Of a stretch of DNA of 64,000 bases, positions 1-13,540 are shown one piece after another (within the stretch, counting starts at the first letter, position 1; each line of letters begins with the position of its first letter). Both the position numbers and the translations under genes were made by a program. The stretch spans positions 95,356,001-95,420,000 of the forward strand of contig OX597821.1 in NCBI GenBank assembly GCA_951406725.2, given 5' to 3'. This DNA is from Octopus vulgaris (Eukaryota). Below the pieces are notes generated by a model that was given only the letters and a program-made list of their open reading frames with translations, was not told the origin of the DNA and ran no database searches.

Positions 1-306
1 GGTTTTACAGTTATAAACAAGAAAAATGGAGTGATGAAGTCCTTTTATTATAATTGTTTCAACTGAATTCGATCTCATGAATATTACGATATAAGGCAAC
101 CATATATACGACCATTAATTCATGAGGTGTCATTGTAAAGACACATACCAAGTGCAACTCTTCAGAATTATGTATAAAAATCATTTGCAAATAATTTTCA
201 GACGTGTTTTGTTAAAACGAGAGAAATCTCCGAATTACGGTCTGTCTGATAGCCTGTACCGGTGGATGAACTTAACTGGAAAACTCCAGAGTTAAAACCC
301 AATGTA

Positions 307-369
<63 letters not shown>

Positions 370-370
<1 letters not shown>

Positions 371-565
371 TAATCCAAACAAGAAAGCACAAAAAAAAAC
401 ACAACAACGCGAGGACGTGGAACAAATATAGTATTATTGGACGCTCAGGAAAGAAGGAAGGTTTAACGTTTCGAGCGGAGTTCTTCGTCGGAAACATAGA
501 AGGAAAGATCCAGAGAAGGGAAGACAGAGGAAAAAAAATCGCCAACGGTACACACGGTGTCACAC
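370..565 (-). mobile_element. Short non-coding Penelope-pLTR-like module carrying an ultra-minimal hammerhead-like motif (461-495)
   Basis: Minus strand reads GTTT-CCGACGA-A-GAAC-TCC-GCTC-GAAA-CG-TT-AAAC, with a 4-bp helix I (GTTT/AAAC). Its 3' end abuts (TA)n at ~305-368. Boundaries are approximate. Confidence 0.55.
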
Positions 566-657
566 AGCATGAAAACGAGGCATATAACGTACATATGATA
601 TGATATAACAGAAAATAAATGCAAACTGTTTTTACTTCAAATTCCAATTTTTTAATT

Positions 658-700
658 AATATTTGATAAGATGAAAATCATCATTGAAACCGGTAATATT
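658..700 (+). ncRNA. Degenerate hammerhead-like motif
   Basis: AATAT-TTGATAA-GATGAAAATCATC-ATT-GAAAC-CG-GTA-ATATT. Helix I pairs and helix III is palindromic, but the core deviates from CUGANGA and the context is AT-rich. Confidence 0.3.
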
Positions 701-815
701 TTCTATTTTTTATTTACAGAAAATTATTTTAAAAACTCATTTTATTAATTTCTTCCTAAATTAAAATGTCTTAAATTTACTTCTCTGCTGTTTCCACCTC
801 CATAACACACACATA

Positions 816-884
<69 letters not shown>

Positions 885-890
885 ATATAT

Positions 891-1057
<167 letters not shown>

Positions 1058-1343
1058 CAATAGAGGCACATATATGAACAACATAGAAGAATACCGGTAA
1101 ATCAAATACTATGCAACATAAATTCTTGATTCATTAAAATTATCACCACTTCTAGAGGTTGTATGACTATTAGGAAACACCAATTAAAACTAGATCCATA
1201 TTAGAAGGGCTACTAATCGCAAGAATGAAGACTTCTTCAAAATTATAGAGGCGGAGAGATTATTTTAAGAATTTATACTGTATGGTATTTGATATACATG
1301 TATTTGTCTATGCTGTGTATTTGTGAATATATATCTTCTCTCT

Positions 1344-1397
<54 letters not shown>

Positions 1398-1433
1398 GAA
1401 AGAATGGACTCGAACGAAGATGTTAACAAAATT

Positions 1434-1527
1434 CCTTTACTCACGACATATGTTTCGAAGACCACGTGGTTTCATTCCAAAGGAATAAAGGGTGTATGAT
1501 GCAATCTTCTCATCAGAAAAGAAAGGG
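1434..1527 (-). ncRNA. Type I hammerhead ribozyme with long helix II insert
   Basis: Minus strand: CCCTTTCTTTT-CTGATGA-GAAGA-[43 nt]-TCTTC-GAAAC-ATAT-GTC-GTGAGTAAAGG. Canonical core, 5-bp helix II, palindromic helix III, imperfect helix I. Confidence 0.75.
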
Positions 1528-2034
1528 AGCCTCTCTCGGCAACAAGACAAACAAAAATTTCGATGACTGCCTACATGGTAAACAAAACGACAATTCGTTT
1601 TGTTTACCATGTAGGCAGTCGTGCACATACACAAGAGACATGTCCTTGACATTTCATGCTTTCAGTAGAATTCTTTGTTAGCTCTAACGAGTCACTACAC
1701 GTTCTATACAATGTCCAAACTTGCTTCATTGTTAGAGAGCAAGCAATGAGTCGAAACTAATTTGCTATATAACTGACAAAATTGGGAAGAACTAGATTGC
1801 TATTGTTATTGTTGCTTTTATTGAGAATTCAGGTTAGTTCAAGTTAAGCAGTAAGTAGTTAGGCAATCGACGGCAAGTAAAGCAATTCATTGAGCTTCCG
1901 TTCAACGGAGAAACTTGCTGCTCAATCCATCTACTACTGATTGTTGTTGCTTAGCTCAAAGTCAGTACTGATCAAGCAAATGTACGAGCAAAGCCATGTA
2001 AAGAATAAAGTTTCTTCGTGAGTCATATAATTTC

Positions 2035-2680
2035 ACAGGGCCGGTTTCCCGGTTTCCAAATCACAGTCTTCCTTCCCAAACACCTCTCTGAGTTCTCGAA
2101 TGTGCTCACTATCAACGAGCAACCCCTCCATATGAGGTGGGTAATCCTCAGAAATGTCAATCTTTATCAGTTTGTTTATACTTTTAAGCTTTTTCACTAA
2201 GTTCTTGTTCTCTTTACTATATACCACAAAGGTTTTTCCCTCCACACGCTGCTTGGTTTTTGGTGGGGCAGGGTCAGCATTTGGTGGGGGCATGTCGAGG
2301 ACTGGTGTCTGCGAGGGAAGGGCAGGTTGGGGTAGGACATGTTGGGGGTAGGACGGGAGCGGGTTGAGGATCCCCATCACTGTGTGCGTTCTCTTCCGCC
2401 GCTTTTTGTTTTTCTTCCTGTTAACCACTGTCCACTCCGCCGTTATTTCCTCTTGTTCCTGCGGTTCGTGTATTCCCCCTCTGAACGGGACGCCAGGTCC
2501 GTCGCAGGATTTCTCATTTTTGCTAGCTGAATGGAGTGGAACAACGTGAAATGAAGTATTTCGTCCGAGAACACAATGCGTTACCCGGTCCAGGAATGGA
2601 AACCACAATCTTACGATCATAACTGCAACACCCTAATCACAAAGCCACGCGCCTCCGCCTTTCCGTCCATGGCCGTCCTA
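2035..2680 (-). mobile_element. Internally deleted copy of the ORF1-like LINE element at 5580-6620, with a GC-rich putative 5' region
   Basis: ~2060-2475 is nearly identical to ~5835-6227 (EPQEQEEIT.EWTVVNRKK...DISEDYPPHMEG). Confidence 0.65.
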
Positions 2681-3480
2681 TATTTCTTTTTAGATATTGT
2701 ATATCTAAGATTATTAACCATTGAGGAGATTATGTTGCTATTTCTTGTAGTAGAACGACCACATAGGAACTAGTACTGCTTAATGGCCTGTAGTGCAATG
2801 TTAGAGCATGAGCTTATGATATTGTCTTCACTATCCAATATGTTTCGGTACACTTCTTGATTTTGCTATTGTTATGTAGGTTCCGGGTTTGCTCTGTACC
2901 GAACAAACATGCAGAATATAGTTAGTCATCTATTGTTCCCACTATGTAATGTCTCCACCCAGCTGGGAACACAGTGTCAATTCTGACAGACAGTGTTTAC
3001 TTATAGTGGCAACATGAGCATGCTGTTCTGCTTAAAACCCTCCAGTCTATATATACCTGTTTTAACTCCAAATCGGCCCCCATAAAGCAGACTTATGAGA
3101 GGGACACAAGTGATGACCCTTTATACACCCCCTCCTCACCCAATATTCATGGAACACAGGACAACATTATCCTACGTACGCTTTTTCTCACGGCAAAAGA
3201 GTCTGAATTGAGGGAGAGCTGGCTGCTATTTCTAACGGGTGAAGCTATATTTGTTAATTCAGATAGGTTAAAGAATAAACATTGAATTATCACTAAATCC
3301 ATTAAAGTTCAGAGATTAAAATAAAATTACATTGGGCTGATTTGCCTCGCGGATTGCAAAGTCCAGCGCTTCGGATATTTGTCATTCTTCAGAGAGAGAA
3401 ATGTTGAGGCCAATGAAAGGCTGGCTAAAAAGACACGGCAATTTTCTTTTATTTACAAACTTTAATAGATTAATTTTTAC

Positions 3481-3775
3481 TGTCACAGACACCACCAATG
3501 TCCTTAGATTCTGGAACTTACTGTAGTTACTACATTGTTGAAGTGTTTGTCCCAAGATCAATCCCTATAATCAAACAGACCTATAATCAAAGTCATGACA
3601 TCCGCCATCTTTTTAGAGCGTATATAGGACTATATTATTTAATGTGTTCTCTTTCCAAAGATTGAAGACTGTGATCTGAGTGATATTTGGCTGCTATTTT
3701 TTGAAGGTTGAGCAACCACTTAGAAGCACCCTTTGCTGTGCGCATATAAACTATGGCGACAGCTATATCACAGGT
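3481..3775 (+). repeat. ~290-bp direct duplication, copy 1 (copy 2 at 8632-8924)
   Basis: Near-identical sequence from cacagacaccaccaat to gacagctatatcacagg in both places. Confidence 0.9.
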
Positions 3776-4020
3776 CGAGCCAAGTAGAGAGTCTCTCCAT
3801 GATCACTGGATACGCAAGAAATAGCAACCAATATATATACATAGATGTAAGTATGTACCTATACGTATGTATATATATATATACATACATACATACATAC
3901 ATACATACATACATACATACATACATACATACATACATACATACATACATACATACATACATACATACATACATACATACATACATACACACACATACAC
4001 ACACACACACACATATATAT

Positions 4021-4230
4021 AGGGAGAATTTACAAAAAAATAACAACAAAAGACGAAGACAGGTGGTGTAGACAACAAACAAATGTATTAGTATAACGCT
4101 CGGGAAGTGAAAAAGTCTTTAACGTTTCGAGCCTACGCTCTTCTACAGAAAGGAAAACAGAAAGAAACAAGGAGAGAAAATAAAGAATGTGTAGTGGCTA
4201 GCGATCTATCATGGTGAATGCCGGACAGAA
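4021..4230 (-). mobile_element. Short non-coding pLTR-like module with ultra-minimal hammerhead-like motif (4117-4152)
   Basis: Minus strand CTTT-CTGTAGA-A-GAGC-GTAG-GCTC-GAAA-CG-TT-AAAG. Same family as 41095-41280. Microsatellites on both sides. Confidence 0.6.
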
Positions 4231-4479
4231 GATATATATGAGTGTGTGTAGTTATATGTGGGTGATGTAGATGTATATATGCATCTATGTATGTGTGCAT
4301 ATGTACAGATGTATGTGTATGTATATATATATGTATATGTGTGTATGTGTATATATATGTACATATATGTGTGTATGGGTGTATATATATATGTACGTAT
4401 GTGTGTGTACATGCAAAGGTATAAGGACTAAAAGGCGTGTAATTATATCAGTATATGTATATGCGTGTATGTATATATA

Positions 4480-5580
4480 TTAGGCTTAGTAAAAAGCAAG
4501 CAACGTTTTGAAACGTTAAATTCATTACAATATATTTCAACAATGTGGAAATTTTATTCATCAAAGTAAGCACCATCACGATCAACACATTTTTGCCAAC
4601 GAGTTACAAGTTTGCTTATTCTGGTAATATAAACATCTGGAGTTCTGGAATTGATGAACTCTTTGAACGCACTTTCAGCATCGGTTTGATTTTTGAACTC
4701 CTTCTCCCGCAGGAAACCATCAAGGTGCTTGAAACAGTGATAGCCGGTAAGAGAAAGGTCTGGGGAATAAGCTGGGTGGAGAAGATCTTCGTAACCAAGT
4801 TCACTCAACTTCTGGAGCGTCATTAGTGAAATGTGTGGTCGAGCAATGTCATGAAGAATGATTGGCCCTCTTCTGTTGACCAGTCTGGGACGGAGGAGTA
4901 GCAGTTTTTCGCTCAATTTGGCAATTTCACGGCAATAGGTTTCTGCAGTAATGGTTTTTCCGGGCTTTAAGAAGTTATAGTAGATTAGTCCAGCAGTACA
5001 CTACCAAATAGTCACCATAACCTTCTCTTAGAAGTGCTCGCGTTTAGGAAAAGTTTTCGGTGCTTTATTTTGGTCCAGTCATTGCGAAGAACGTTTTTTA
5101 TTATTGTTCAGAATCCACTTTTCATCGCAAGTTACAATACTGTGGAGAAATGGATCGGTTTGGTTACGAGAAGAAGCGACGAACAAATTTCATATCTGCG
5201 CATTTCTGATTTTCATTCAAATCATGTGGTACCCATTTAACGAGCTTTTTTGATTTTCCGATCGCATTCAAATGGCTGCAGTTCTTTTGCCAGTTCTTCT
5301 CAAGTGGTTTTACGTGAATCTTTTTCAATGACAGTCTTTAATTGATCATCATCGATGACAGACGGGCGTTCACTACACTCACGATCTTCAAGGCTCCACT
5401 GCGAAATCGCTTAAACCATTTCCAAGCTGACCACTCACTGGTCATTTTCTCACCAAACATTTCGTTGATATCGCGAGCAGTTTCAACTGCTTTACGTCCT
5501 CTTTTGAAGTTGAATAACAAAATTGCTCGAATATCGTACTGTGACAGTTCCATTTCAGATGATTGTAACTTATTTATTTT
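4480..5580 (-). pseudogene. Mariner (Tc1/mariner) transposon remnant with disrupted transposase
   Basis: HTH N-terminus IRAILLFNFKRG...WFKRFRSG, then WVPHDL, IVTCDEKW, LHDIARPH and HPAYSPDL, spread across frames with stops. The 5' TIR is lost at the insertion at 5580. Confidence 0.92.
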
Positions 5581-6620
5581 TTAGCTAACTACAAGGGTCT
5601 CACACGGGGGTGAGGGCAGCACAAGGATGAACAAAACACAAAAGTGGGGGAAAGGAAAAAAAAAATAATGAAAGAGAGAATGACAACGACTCGAACCCCA
5701 CACTCCGAGCGACCTCATTGAACTCTTTAAAAGTCTATTTTGGATGAGACAGTTCTCATTTGAACCGTTTAAACAAATCATGTAACCTTTCCGTATCTCT
5801 TAGTCCAGCTGTGTCCACTTCTTCCTCCAAATCCCGGTCTTCCTCCCAAACACCTCTCTGAGTTCTCGAATGTGCTCACTATCAACGAGCACCCCCTCCA
5901 TATGAGGTGGGTAATCCTCAGAAATGTCAATCTTTATCAGTTTGTCTATACTTTTAAGCCTTTTCACTAATTTCTTGTTCTCTTTACTATATACCATGCT
6001 GCTTGGTTTTTGGTGGGGCAGGGTCAGCATTTGGTGGGGGCATGTCGAGGGCTGGTGTCTGCGAGGGAAGGGCAGGTTGGGGTAGGACATGTTGAGGGTA
6101 GGACGGGAGCGAGTTGGGGATCCCCATCACTGTGTGCATTCTCTTCCGCCGCTTTCTGCTTTTCTTCCTGTTAACCACTGTCCACTCCTCCGTTATTTCC
6201 TCTTGTTCCTGCGGTTCGTGTATTCCTTCCGACTTCGATGCTTCAACGGGTGGAATTGTGGTCTCCATCGGTATAGTCATTGTAACTTTTGTAGAGGGAG
6301 GAGGGCACTCAGCTCTAATGTGGCCTTTCTGGCCACACTTGAAGCACCTAGGCTTCCTGCCCTCCACCATTATCCTCAGTTTCCTATCACCGTCCACTAT
6401 GGTGTCTGTAATAGCATTTAGGTCTTCTGGGGGTAGCCTGGTTGACCATTTCCAGACCTTGCTCCAGCCAGTTCCTTCTCACGGTTTGGAGGATTGTGAC
6501 CTTCTCCTCCAGACCCAACACTATCGCCGCCGGTAACCAGGCAACATCCACCTCTGGTGGTATCTCTTCCACCCTCACCCTGAAAGCCCGCCTTCCAATG
6601 TGGGAGGGTAGGAGGATGAT
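5580..6620 (-). mobile_element. Non-LTR retroelement remnant: gag/ORF1-like CCHC zinc knuckle followed by 3' UTR and A-rich tail
   Basis: ORF 5987-6397 contains RCFKCGQKGHIRAEC (CX2CX4HX4C) and is frameshifted. Minus-strand end reads ...gttagctaaaaaataaataaa. Confidence 0.7.
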
Positions 6621-6764
6621 ATTATAAATAGTACCGAATATATAATAATATTGAAACTCGACATATTTTTTAACTGTTGATGATACACAAAAAGTTATTT
6701 CATTTTTGCAATCAGCAGAAAAAATGGAATGATAAACAATAAAAAAAACCCACAGCAAACAAAT

Positions 6765-7243
<479 letters not shown>

Positions 7244-7340
7244 AACAAATTTTTTTTGAAAATTGTTACGTTGTGCTATTTACTGTTCCGCTTCTCTGCT
7301 GATAATGCTCCTCTGTTGATCCTTGTGAATCCTACCAAAA

Positions 7341-7573
7341 TACCTATTTCTTTACTACCCACAAGGGGCTAAACACAGAGGAGACAAACAAGGACAGACA
7401 AACGGATTAAGTCGATTACATCGACCCCAGTACGTAACTGGTCCTTAATTTATCGACCCCGAAAGGATGAAAGGCAAAGTCGACCTTGGCGGAATTTGAA
7501 CTCAGAACGTAACAGCAGACGAAATACGGCTACGCATTTCGCCCGGCGTGCTAACGGTTCTGCCAGCTCGCCG
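7341..7573 (-). mobile_element. tRNA-headed SINE family B, representative copy. Others: ~10084-10665+, 16345-16960 nested, 21590-21773-, 27190-27950+, 32352-32562+, 34300-34460+, 54455-54858+
   Basis: Head ggcgagctggcagaaacgttagc...GAGTTCAAATTCC (B box); central gtcgactttgcctttcatcctttcggggtcgataaattaagtaccag; tail gtgggtagtaaagaaatag. Multiple dispersed copies. Confidence 0.9.
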
Positions 7574-7639
7574 AAATACCTGCGTTACTACTGTACGTCT
7601 AGTCCTTTCATAAAGCTAGACATGGAAGTCTAGCCCTTT

Positions 7640-7900
7640 CATAAAGCATAAAGCCACTTTCGAATTTTTAATACAGTCATGGTTGATTGCATCAAAACAT
7701 TGTTTCCATACTGTACTGAAAGTCTTCCATGGATTTCGGCCCCTAATAAATCTTCAGCCAGCAGAAAACAAATCATTGATTGTTGCTCTACTTTCGAATA
7801 AACAGAAAGCGGAGTGGCAATGGCTAACATAATAACAACTTCAGTGTCTTAAGTTCAAAACTGTACTGTAATAACATGGCGACCACGTCTGGTCACGTGC
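7640..7900 (-). pseudogene. Mariner transposase N-terminal fragment
   Basis: SKVEQQSMICFLLAEDLLGAEIHGRLSVQYGNNVL resembles the mariner HTH start (EQR.VI.FL......AEIH.RL...YG). Confidence 0.65.
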
Positions 7901-7998
7901 AACTAATTTTATTGCCAATTGGAAATTACCTTGTAAGATCATTGCTTATAATAATAACTGATCCTTGAATTACCATATTCTGTATATACAAGTTGCAC

Positions 7999-8408
7999 TA
8001 CATACATACATACATACTTACATACATACATACATACATACATACAAACAAACAAACAAACATACATACATACATACATACATACATACATACATACATA
8101 CATACATACATACATACATACATACAAACAAACATACATACATACATACATGCATACATACATACATACATACTTACATACATGCATACATACATGCATA
8201 CATGCATACATACATACATGCATACTTACATACATGCATACATACATGCATACTTGCATACATACATACATACTTACATACATACATACATACTTACATA
8301 CATGCATATATACATACATACATACATACATACATACATACATGCATATATACATACATACATACATACATACATACATACATACATACATACATACATA
8401 CATACATA
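7999..8408 (+). repeat. (CATA)n microsatellite; similar tracts at 3885-3990, 15140-15597, 48492-48690, 55470-56023, 59452-59630
   Basis: Direct inspection. Confidence 0.97.
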
Positions 8409-8631
8409 AAGAAACAATTCCAAAGATTCTCCATCTGAGATTCTTTAGGTCAATAGATGCACTCACTCGGGTGTATGCATCGACAGTTCAAGCAATATAC
8501 CAACTCAACAATATATTTACAAACACCGGAAACTCTCTTAACTCAAAGTCTTGTTGCTTTGTTTTACGAACGTCTTGAAGTTTTTTAATAACTTTAATAA
8601 AACTCAAACACACACACCCACACACACTAAC

Positions 8632-8924
8632 TGACACAGACACCACCAATATCCTTAGATTCTGGAACTTACTGTAGTTACTACATTGTCGAGGTGTTTA
8701 TCCCAAGATCAATCCCTATAATCAAACAGACCTATAATCAACGTCACGACAGCCGCCATCTTTTTAGAGCGTATATAGGACTATATTATTTAATGTGTTC
8801 TCTTTCCAAAGATTGAAGACTGTGATCTGAGTGATATTTGGCTGCTATTTGTTGAAGGTTGAGCAACCGCTTAGAAGCACCCTTTGCTGTGCGCATATAA
8901 ACTATGGCGACAGCTATATCACAG
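8632..8924 (+). repeat. ~290-bp direct duplication, copy 2
   Basis: Matches 3481-3775 with few substitutions. Confidence 0.9.
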
Positions 8925-11570
8925 GCACAAACACAAATACACACCATACGTGCGCGCGCACACACGGTTACACACATACATACATGAGTCACAATAAATC
9001 TCTTTGTTATTTTATTCGTAGCCAGAGAGCGGCTGCATACAGGATATGTTTCTGATAAACTGAAAGAAAGCAATGCAGAGAAAGGCTAATGTGTATTCTC
9101 TTTTGAAATGCTGCGAGAATTTGGCGGATGGGGTTAACAATTCAGGTCAAGGTAAGTTCTGTAGCAATTCGTAATTAAGAACTGCGCACTTTCTAACTGG
9201 TATGAGACGCAACCAGTATTTCATAAATGCACGAATGAAGCAATGCAGTACGAACAATCGCTTGGTGCAATATTCAAGAGAAGCTATGTCCGAGATTAAA
9301 GTTGAAACGAACTTAGTGAATATATCTTCTCTTGTACTTTCGGGGTACAAGAGGCAATCACTAGCCGTTGCTTTAATAATCCAGATTCTCTACCAGTCAG
9401 AAACAACAAAGACGCAAACGTAAAATATATATAACTACTTTATTCTCTTATGGTGAGAGATCAGTGGTATATCTGATATCCTTGGTTCTGGGCGCGCAAG
9501 GCTGAAAGTTAATCGATTGTAATATTTACAATGTTCAGCCGCTAAAAACAGAACGGGTTAAAGATGGCGTCCGGAACAGGGAAGATGATGTGGTCGGCAA
9601 CAATTTGGTTAAAAGCTTTCGGCCGACTGCTGCTAGAATCAAATTCGGACAGAGAGAAAATATACGTGACCGTTGCCTTCGATAGCCATGTCTCAAGTCG
9701 CTGCTTGCTGGACGCTGGTGGTCAACGTCTTACGACCCCCTTGCCTCGGCTAACTGCTACGTAGGCAAAAGGGTTCTTCTTCCGGTGGTGAAAGCACCAA
9801 CCCCGCACGCGCGAAATACAAATGGACGGTGCGCGAGCGCGCGCCGTTGTATAAGATCACTACAAAGTTTATGGTTGACACGGAACTAGAAATAATCGCT
9901 GTAGATACAGGTACTAAAGAGTATACTTGGTGTTTAATAAATGTATGCGTGTATTGCAGTAAGGAATGCGAATCTCAAGAAAGCAAATACGAAAATGGAT
10001 GGCAAAAACCTAATAAACTGTTAGATAACAATGTAGTGAGTATGCATTATGGCATGTAGACGTAAGTAGTAAATGGAAACATAAGGCAGCGAGCTGGCAG
10101 AAATGTTAACACGCCGGGCGAAATGTTTAGCGGTATTTCGTCTGTCTTCATGTTCTGAGTTCAAATTCCGCCGAGGTCGACTTTGCCTTTCATCCTTTTG
10201 GTACGCACTAGGGTCAATGTAATCGACTTAATCCGTTTGTCTGTCCTTGTTTGTCCCCTCTGTGTTTAGCCCCCCTGTGGGTAGTAAAGAAATAGGTATT
10301 TCGTCTGCCGCTACGTTCTGAGTTCAAATTCCGCCGAGGTCGACTTTGCCTTTCGGGGTCGATTAAATAAGTACCATTTACGCACTGGGGTCGATAAAAT
10401 CGACTTAATCCGTTTGTCTGTCCTTGTTTGTCCTCTCTGTGTTTAGCCCCTTGTGGGTAGTAAAGAAATAGAAATAGGTATTTCGTCTGTCTTTAAGTTC
10501 TGAGATCAAATTCCGCCGAGGTCGACTGTCATCTTTTCATCCTTTCGGGGTCGATTAAGTAAGTACCAGTTTCGCACTGGGGTCGATAAAATCGACTTAA
10601 TCCGTTTGTCTGTCCTTGTTTGTCCTCTCTGTGTTTAGCCCCTTGTGGGTAGTAAAGAAATAAGTAAATGGAAACATTAGGAAAACGTGCGCTGAATTCA
10701 ATAGAAAGCTGTAAGTATTAGCTTGGTGCAAATATAACTGTAATGATACCATGAACAAGGAGAAAAAGGTGCTAGTCTGTAATGGTAAAGAAAAGGTGTA
10801 CACTGTTATACATAAAAGGAATGTCTATTGTACTCCTCTGCTATGCACGAGGGAGGCATTGCACAGACTATGGAAGCTTGCACACAGCTATTTTACCAGG
10901 TTTTACCACATTAACAACTGGGTTGTCAGATAAATTCGTTCGTTGTTTTTTTTTTTTTTGTTTTTTGTCCTTCACTGTTTGAATAATTCCCGGTGTTATT
11001 TCTTTTAAGAAGGAAGACATCTTTATCGTAGTGTCGCGTTTATTTTATTTTATTTTTATTTTATTTGGTCTATCCTTTCCTCTACAACTTTTGTTTATCG
11101 ATTTTGAAATTTAAATACATTTTTACCTATTTTCAGACATGACAATGGTGTTACAAGTAAACAACAACAACAACAACAACAACACTAGATACGATAATAA
11201 CAATGAATTTATCTAATAACCCAATACCTTGCAGGACAAAACATTTTATTAAAAAAAATATATACTTGGTGCTATTACCTTTACGCATGTGATAGCACAG
11301 GTGAATGTGTAAAAAATGCAATAATTGTGTCATAAAGCAAAAATCAAAAAAAAAAAAAAGAGCAGAGATTTAACCTTAAAAAGCAGTAAAATATCAATGC
11401 TAGACTCAATGAAGTTTTTAAAAATTGCACAATTAGTCTATTTTTTTCCTTTTTGGTAAGTTTATGAGTCATTTTCAACAATATGGAAAATAATTTTTAG
11501 TAAAAAGAAGTGCTTTCAAGGAAGGCAGCCGAAAAAAAAAAAAAAAAAAAAGACAAGCTGTTCATATACA

Positions 11571-11795
11571 GCAATGGCCCAGTGGTTAGGGCAGCGGACT
11601 TGCGGTCGGAGGATCGCGGTTTCGATTCCCAGACCGGGCGTTGTGTGTGTTTATTGAGCGAAAACACCTAAAAGCTCCACGAGGCTCCGGCAGGGGATGG
11701 TGGTGATCCTTGCTGTACTCTTTCACCACTCTAAAGGCGGTGCTCCAGCATGGCCGCAGTCAAATGACTGAAACAAGTACAAAAAAAAAAAAAAA
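11571..11795 (+). mobile_element. Chimeric SINE: family C tRNA head joined to family A 3' tail
   Basis: gcaatggcccagtggttaggg...ctctttcaccac is followed directly by ctaaaggcggtgctccagcatggccgcagtcaaatgactgaaacaagta and poly(A). Confidence 0.8.
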
Positions 11796-13264
11796 TACAC
11801 AGTCCGTTGCAATTAAATAGAAACAGGCGTTGAAAATGAAAATTTAAAAGCATGAAGCGTAGTTACAAAGCTCAAAAGTGTGACATGCAGTCGGTGGGAG
11901 CATTGTGTTGTATCTCCGGACGCCGTGTGCTGGTCATGTGAAGTTTTCTCTTCAGACTTCTTTTCATTGTTTTTGCATGATGTTCAGTGAAAGTTGTCCA
12001 CGTCAGTGCAAAGGCATCAGGCTGCACACCTTTTTTTCGGACATTGGAATCGAAAACCCCACTGGAGCAAATGTATTTTCAAACGTAAAGTTGCATGCCA
12101 TTCGGCGTTGAAATGTCAACTATAGGCGCAGGAGTGGCTATGAAAGAAGTGCGAGATTTTATTTAACAGCGTTTGTTATGTTCAACTAAGCGTCAGAAAA
12201 GGTGACCATCTCAATGAGAAAGACAAAAACAGTTAATAATGATTGTTAAGAACAATAGGACGTTAGAAGGCATGCAAATCTCTATGAGAGAGAAAAAAAT
12301 AGCTGACGGGAGATCTACATACACATTGTGAGAAGACTAACTTAGTATCTAACCGCAACTAAAACCGGAGTTTATGTAAACTCACAAAAAAACTTCTACA
12401 AGGTTATTTTAGAGGGTTGTCATTTGTTTTCTATTCCCTCTCCATATAACGGGATTGAGATGGGTCCGTCTCTTCTTATCGGTCAACAAACAAACGGACA
12501 AGACGTCGTGGAGGAGAAAGGCAGAGATATCTGCAGCCCATCTATACCACTCGACCCACACAGCACATGCTCTGCGCAACTACTGTCCGACACTGAAATA
12601 TATAACACCAATCTCAAAACACTTTTGAAATATAAATATCATCAAACAAAACAATATTTTGTATCACCATATACTCGTACAAAACCAGCGAAACGCAGAA
12701 ATAGTATTATAAGCATCAAATCAAACTCAGCAACAACGTAAAAGTGTTGCACGAGTGCACACACTTCTGGAGCAAAGAGGGATACAGTACGGATGTACCT
12801 AAGGATATAGTACAGACTCGCATAAGACTGTTGATAATGAAAATGGATGACGAGCAAAGTTGGTCTCTACAGGATTTAAACTCAAAATGTAAAGAGTTGG
12901 AAGACAGATCCTCCCAATGTATGTTGTCTGACGCCCTAGAAGAAGAATGGTTTTTAATTTATATGCCACGAAGATGTTAGATGAAGAGGACATTATAGAG
13001 AAAGGTTTGTCGAGTGATAGAAGATGCATAATAAAAAGGAATATGCACAATGTATAAATATGGGATGCAGCTCTCAGAGAAGAGGGTCGTCATCTTGGAT
13101 TAATCAAGGAACTCCACAGAACGAAGATTACTCTGACTACCATTGGCAATTAACTTTACCCAGCTGTGATTTACCGGCTTACGGGTTCATGCTTAGAGTA
13201 AACCTATTCACTTGAGTGAGTCGCACTCTTATTAATAAATTCCCTGAGAGCATCTCTGTCTGTT

Positions 13265-13432
13265 TGTCTCACTCTCTCTCTCTCTCTCTCTCTTCCACTT
13301 CTCTTTCTCCTCTCTCTTCTCCTTTCTCTTCTCCCTCTTTCTTCAACCCCACTCTCTTCCCTCTCTCCCTCTCTCTCTCTTCCACTTCTCTTTCTCCTCT
13401 CTCTTCTCCCTCTTTCTTCAACCCCGCTCTCT

Positions 13433-13471
<39 letters not shown>

Positions 13472-13540
13472 CTTCTCTTTCTCCTCTCTCTTCCCCTTTC
13501 TCTTCTCCCACTCTCTTCCCCCCTCTCTCTCTCCACTTCC
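13265..13540 (+). repeat. CT-rich minisatellite / polypyrimidine tract
   Basis: Unit ctcttccacttctctttctcctctctcttc... repeated three times and interspersed with (CT)n. Confidence 0.9.

Noticed and set aside
12420-13200. Possible decayed DNA-transposon coding region (ECTHFWSKEGY...)
   Set aside because: Only faint resemblance with no catalytic motif, so I cannot support a family call.
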